Source: Eledone cirrhosa (lineage: Eukaryota). Taken from it: a stretch of 64,000 nucleotides of DNA. The translations under genes and the position numbers were made by a program. Position 1 is the first letter of the stretch. Each line of letters opens with the position of its first letter. The notes beneath the pieces are model-generated. The model was given only the letters and a program-made list of their open reading frames with translations. It was not told the DNA's origin and ran no database searches. Positions 59,892 to 64,000 of the stretch are shown here, piece after piece. The stretch spans positions 297,600,001 through 297,664,000 of the forward strand of contig OZ024741.1 in the NCBI GenBank assembly GCA_964016885.1. Reading direction: 5' to 3'.

Positions 59892-62632
59892 TAGAAGTGG
59901 TTACACAACAGTTAGTTCATCATACCGAGAATAATTGTTTCACCTTAGCGGAAGTTTTTAGGTTGAAAATGAAATTACAAAGAATCAGTCCGAAGCCTTG
60001 TAGTTATGCAATAGCTGTTTGACGACGTGTGGACAACGTGTGAAAAATTCATTTCTCGTGTTTAGGCAATCACTATTGCGTAATCTCTTTAGAATAGTTA
60101 TTCGTTCGTCAATACATAAGCCACACGACGGATTTCCCCTTGCGTATGGCTTGGACTTAGCGATGGCTTTTCATTGAATGGAGTAGTCTATACTTGAGTC
60201 CTTGAGGGACCATACGTGGCTCGCGAGTTTCGTACATGAACGTCTGTCCGGGCACCTGAAGGTAGACTGGTGGTTCAGGAAACGTTCCTTAAATCGGCCA
60301 TCCGCCATGCCCACATAGGAGTTGACCTCCTGTGGCTCGTTTAGTCGGTTGGAAGTGACCACAGCTTCATAAATTACAGCTGGTGTGTTGCATTGTTGTT
60401 GAAGGGGGAAAGCTTCAGGCTTATGATGGCGAGCCCTAGCTTTTGCGGGCAATATTACAGGCACCAACAACGCCTTCAGCCTGAAATCGAGAGCCTACCC
60501 TCCTAAGGTAACTGAACTTGCTCCTTTCGAGACGGACCTTCTTGACTTAGTCGCTAACGTTTCCTTTCGCAAACACACTAACCCCTTTCAAACGAAACTC
60601 AGAAATGACATTAAGAAATTTAGGTCTTCTAATAACACCTTCGTTCTTTCCGACAAAACTAACAATATTTACGAAGTCGACAACACCACTTTCCGCCACC
60701 TGGCCCATAACGCTATTACTTCTAAATATAAGAAAGCTAACCCTATGGCCTACCACGACATTAATACAGAAGCCAAGGAACTTGCCGCCGCCCTTAAGGT
60801 AGATAAGAAGCTACAATCTCTAGCTAAGCGGGAGGCGTTCCTCACCCTGAAAGATCACAAGGTAGACTTTACTTCTAACCCCACATGTAGACTAATAAAC
60901 CCGGCACGCACAGATATGGGACTAGTCAGTAAGGCCATACTTAGAAACATAGTTAAGACCATTAGGACCAAGTCCAACCTGCCCCAGTGGGAGAACAGCG
61001 ACTCCGTAATTAAGTGGTTTAACTCCTTAAAATCCAAAAAAGCGAAGTTCACACAGTTTGACATTGTCGATTTTTACACGTCGATCTCAGAGACCCTCTT
61101 AAACAAAGCGTTGGACTTCGCTATCACTTATACCACCCTCGATGGTTTAGACAGGGAAATCATCGCTCACTGCCGGAAAACCCTCCACTTCAACGACGGA
61201 GTAGCCTGGGCAAAGAAGTCTACAACTTCAGACCTATTCGACGTCTCCATGGGATCGTTTGACAGTGCTGACTTGGTTGGCCTATTTATCTTAGACATAT
61301 TACGTGTTAGATTCCCGGACTTCCACACGGGAATATACCGTGATGATGGACTGACTTTATCGAGCCATAAAAGTGGTCACGACCTCGACCGGTTTAAAAA
61401 AGAGTTAGCTTCTACCTTCAATGAGTTAGGATTTAGGATAACATTAGCCACCAACCTCTCTAGCGTAGATTTCTTAGACATTAATTTAGACCTTCGCACA
61501 CACACCCACAGACCCTTCCATAAGCTAAACGAGAAACTCAATTACATTCACAAGGACTTATGCCACCCTCCCACTGTTTTTAGAAACTTCGTTAAGAATA
61601 TCAGTACTAGAATCTCAAACCTCTCCTCTAATAAGGCTATCTTTGATAGAGCGGCACCCTACTATTACACGGCGTTAGCTAACAGCGGCTTCTCGCAACC
61701 TATCACTTACTCTCCCAATAACAACAACAGCAATAAGAAAAGTAAGCGTAACAATAGACAGACTATCTGGTTCTCTCCTCCCTTCTCACTCAACGTTAAA
61801 ACCAATGTAGGAAAAACATTTCCAGCCCTCTTAGATAGACACTTCCAAATAGGTCATAAATACCGCTCCATCTTTAACCGACACAAAGTTAAACTAGGAT
61901 ACTCCTGCGCTAAGAACATGAAGGCCCACATCACCAGCAACCCCAGGAGCAACACCCCACCAGGGTGCGCTTGCCCCTTTCAACAGCAATGCAACACACC
62001 AGCTGTAATTTATGAAGCTGTGGTCACTTCCAACCGACCAAACGAACCACAGTAGGTCAAATCCTATGTGGGCATGGCGGAGGGCCGATTTAAGGAACGT
62101 TTCCTGAACCACCAGTCTACTTCCAGGTACCCGGACAGATGTTCATCTACGAAACTCGCGAGCCACGTATGGTCCCTCAAGGACTCAAGTATAGACTACT
62201 CCATTCAATGGAAAGCCATCACTAAGTCCAAGCCATACGCAAGGGGAAATCCGACGTGTGGCTTATGTATTGACGAACGAATAACTATTCTAAAGAGATT
62301 ACGCAATAGTGATTGCCTAAACACGAGAAATGAATTTTTCACACGTTGTCCACACGTCGCCAAACACCTATTACATAACTACAAGGCTCCGGACTGATTC
62401 TTTGTAATTTTATTTTCAAGCTAAAAACTTTTCGGACTTTCGCAGTTATCTCCCTTACACCTCTCGCACGCAGTCTAGTATTGCCTGTGTAAAGTGACAG
62501 GGTTTCTGCACATGCGCGTTCGTACGGTTGTCCTTCCTGTTCCTATAACCATGCCCATTCCGAGCTGAGGATCCGCTAAGGTGAAACAATTGTTCTCGGT
62601 ATGGTGAACTAACTGTTGTTTAACCACTTCTA
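59892..62632 (+). mobile_element. Penelope-like element (Hydra-like) with upstream inverted 3' copy (59892-60415)
   Basis: RT motifs KDHK..F...PTCRLINP, FDIVDFY, MGSFD, YRDDG. GIY-YIG segments VIYEAVV...YVGMAE...FKERF..H and CGLC..E, LNTRNE. Stop at 62053. Inverted partial copy is typical of PLEs. Confidence 0.92.
62555..62604 (+). ncRNA. Minimal hammerhead in PLE 3' pseudo-LTR
   Basis: CCATt CCGAG-CTGAGGA-tCCgctaaGGt-GAAA-CAATTG-TT-CTCGG tATGG. Confidence 0.82.
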
Positions 62633-62715
62633 CCTAACTCGTCCCACTACGGATATTACGGACAAAGAGAGTAAGAAATGTGTGTGTATTGTGTGTGTGT
62701 GTGTTTGGTACACGT

Positions 62716-62753
<38 letters not shown>

Positions 62754-62754
62754 C

Positions 62755-64000
62755 TGTCCAAAAGACAGAACTATATACACAGATTGACATCTCTAATGCC
62801 GGAGAATTGCTAAGAGATGCCAAGCAATATATAACTTTTGGGGAGAATGGCGCTGTTAGCATCACTTCTCCCAACAAATTGCGTAGAGACACTGTCCTGA
62901 AAACCATAGTTTTTAGGACAATCTCAAATACCACCAGAAAACCAGCTCAATTAACTCAAAACGAAATTGAGCTGGTTCTAAGAAACTCCATGAAGGACAT
63001 TACCTTCATACAGAAGGGAAAACTCTTCGGGAGTTTATCAATAATAATGAAAGACCAATTGACGGCACAGAAATATTCTGTGTCGCCAATTGTGTCCCCC
63101 TCTGCACCTTTTCCCCCACATATATGGGAAAAAGGACCCCAAAAATAAAAGTAACAAATATCACACCAAATGTAAACATGTGGTGGATATTAACTGGTTT
63201 CATCAATTTTGATGAAGATACAGTAATTTCGGTAGGAAAGTCCTCTAGGGGCATATTCAACGGTACAAGCTTAGAAGTTCTGGTCCAAATGAGACCAGAA
63301 CGGATAGCTAGTATACAACAACGTGTGCCTCTGGATGGAAATTCCAACATAAACATTTCTGTTGAGGGTAGGCGGCCTTCATGTTACCAGTGTTTAAGCA
63401 GTGGTCACATGAAGGCTTCCTGTCCTCAATTAACTGCATTAAAAAAGGCACTACTGCCGACACCCAACACAACAACACAACCAACACCACCACCACAACA
63501 GCAACAACACACAAAAATAACAAAAACAAACCAAACTGCAAACACAGTCCCACCCAACCCGTCCCCACCTAAAACAACTCCCAAAACACCGACAAGCACA
63601 ACAGCTCCCCCAAACATACCCCTCCCCAATCAAACAGACACCACAACGGACGAAGCCCCCTAGTCATCACTCAGTGATGATGAGGGAGAACCCCTCCGCT
63701 CCAAAATAAAAAAGAAAAAAAGACATAACACGAACAAAAAGGCAACAAACACACAACCACCAACACAAACAACACAAACATTACAAACAAAAATCCCCCC
63801 TCCCGAAAACAAAACACTCCAAACACAAATACCCACAACAAAACGAAAACACACACAAGAACAACATACAAAAACTAACTCAACACAACAAAAATGTTAT
63901 ACATACATAAACACTGACAATAAAACCTCGTTGGAGGTCATCTCCAAAAACCCTTCCGTAGAAACCGAAGGAAAATATTTTACCAAATGTAAAGACAAAC
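62755..64000 (+). mobile_element. 5' part (ORF1, gag-like CCHC knuckle) of a Tx1/L1-like LINE, running off the window
   Basis: CYQCLSSGHMKASC at 63382-63423, Pro/Thr-rich linker, frameshift near 63120. Confidence 0.7.

Overview
This is very AT-rich, microsatellite-laden eukaryotic DNA, probably from a coleoid cephalopod such as Octopus (inferred from the Nin-domain tRNA-SINE family and the (TA)n load). It holds the last five coding exons of a + strand gene for an uncharacterised single-pass membrane protein (1806-44538, with a 32-kb last intron). Decayed transposons include two Penelope-like elements (PLEs; Naiad-like and Hydra-like), CRE-, RTE- and Tx1/L1-like LINE remnants, Helitrons and SINEs. 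The main hidden signal is a dense set of type I hammerhead ribozyme (HHR) motifs, from at least 11 sequence-unrelated families, nearly all sitting in (TA)n tracts as fold-back palindromes or tandem arrays. The clearest are two arrays of a 310-bp HHR unit (15 and about 6.2 copies plus an inverted tail) and a related 322-bp dimer whose ribozyme module is replaced and carries a compensatory U3-A8 core. These look like non-autonomous, PLE-mobilised retrozyme-like elements. Most long Ile/Tyr-rich ORFs in the track are translations of (TA)n and are not genes. All motifs and coordinates were read by eye, and ribozyme activity is untested.
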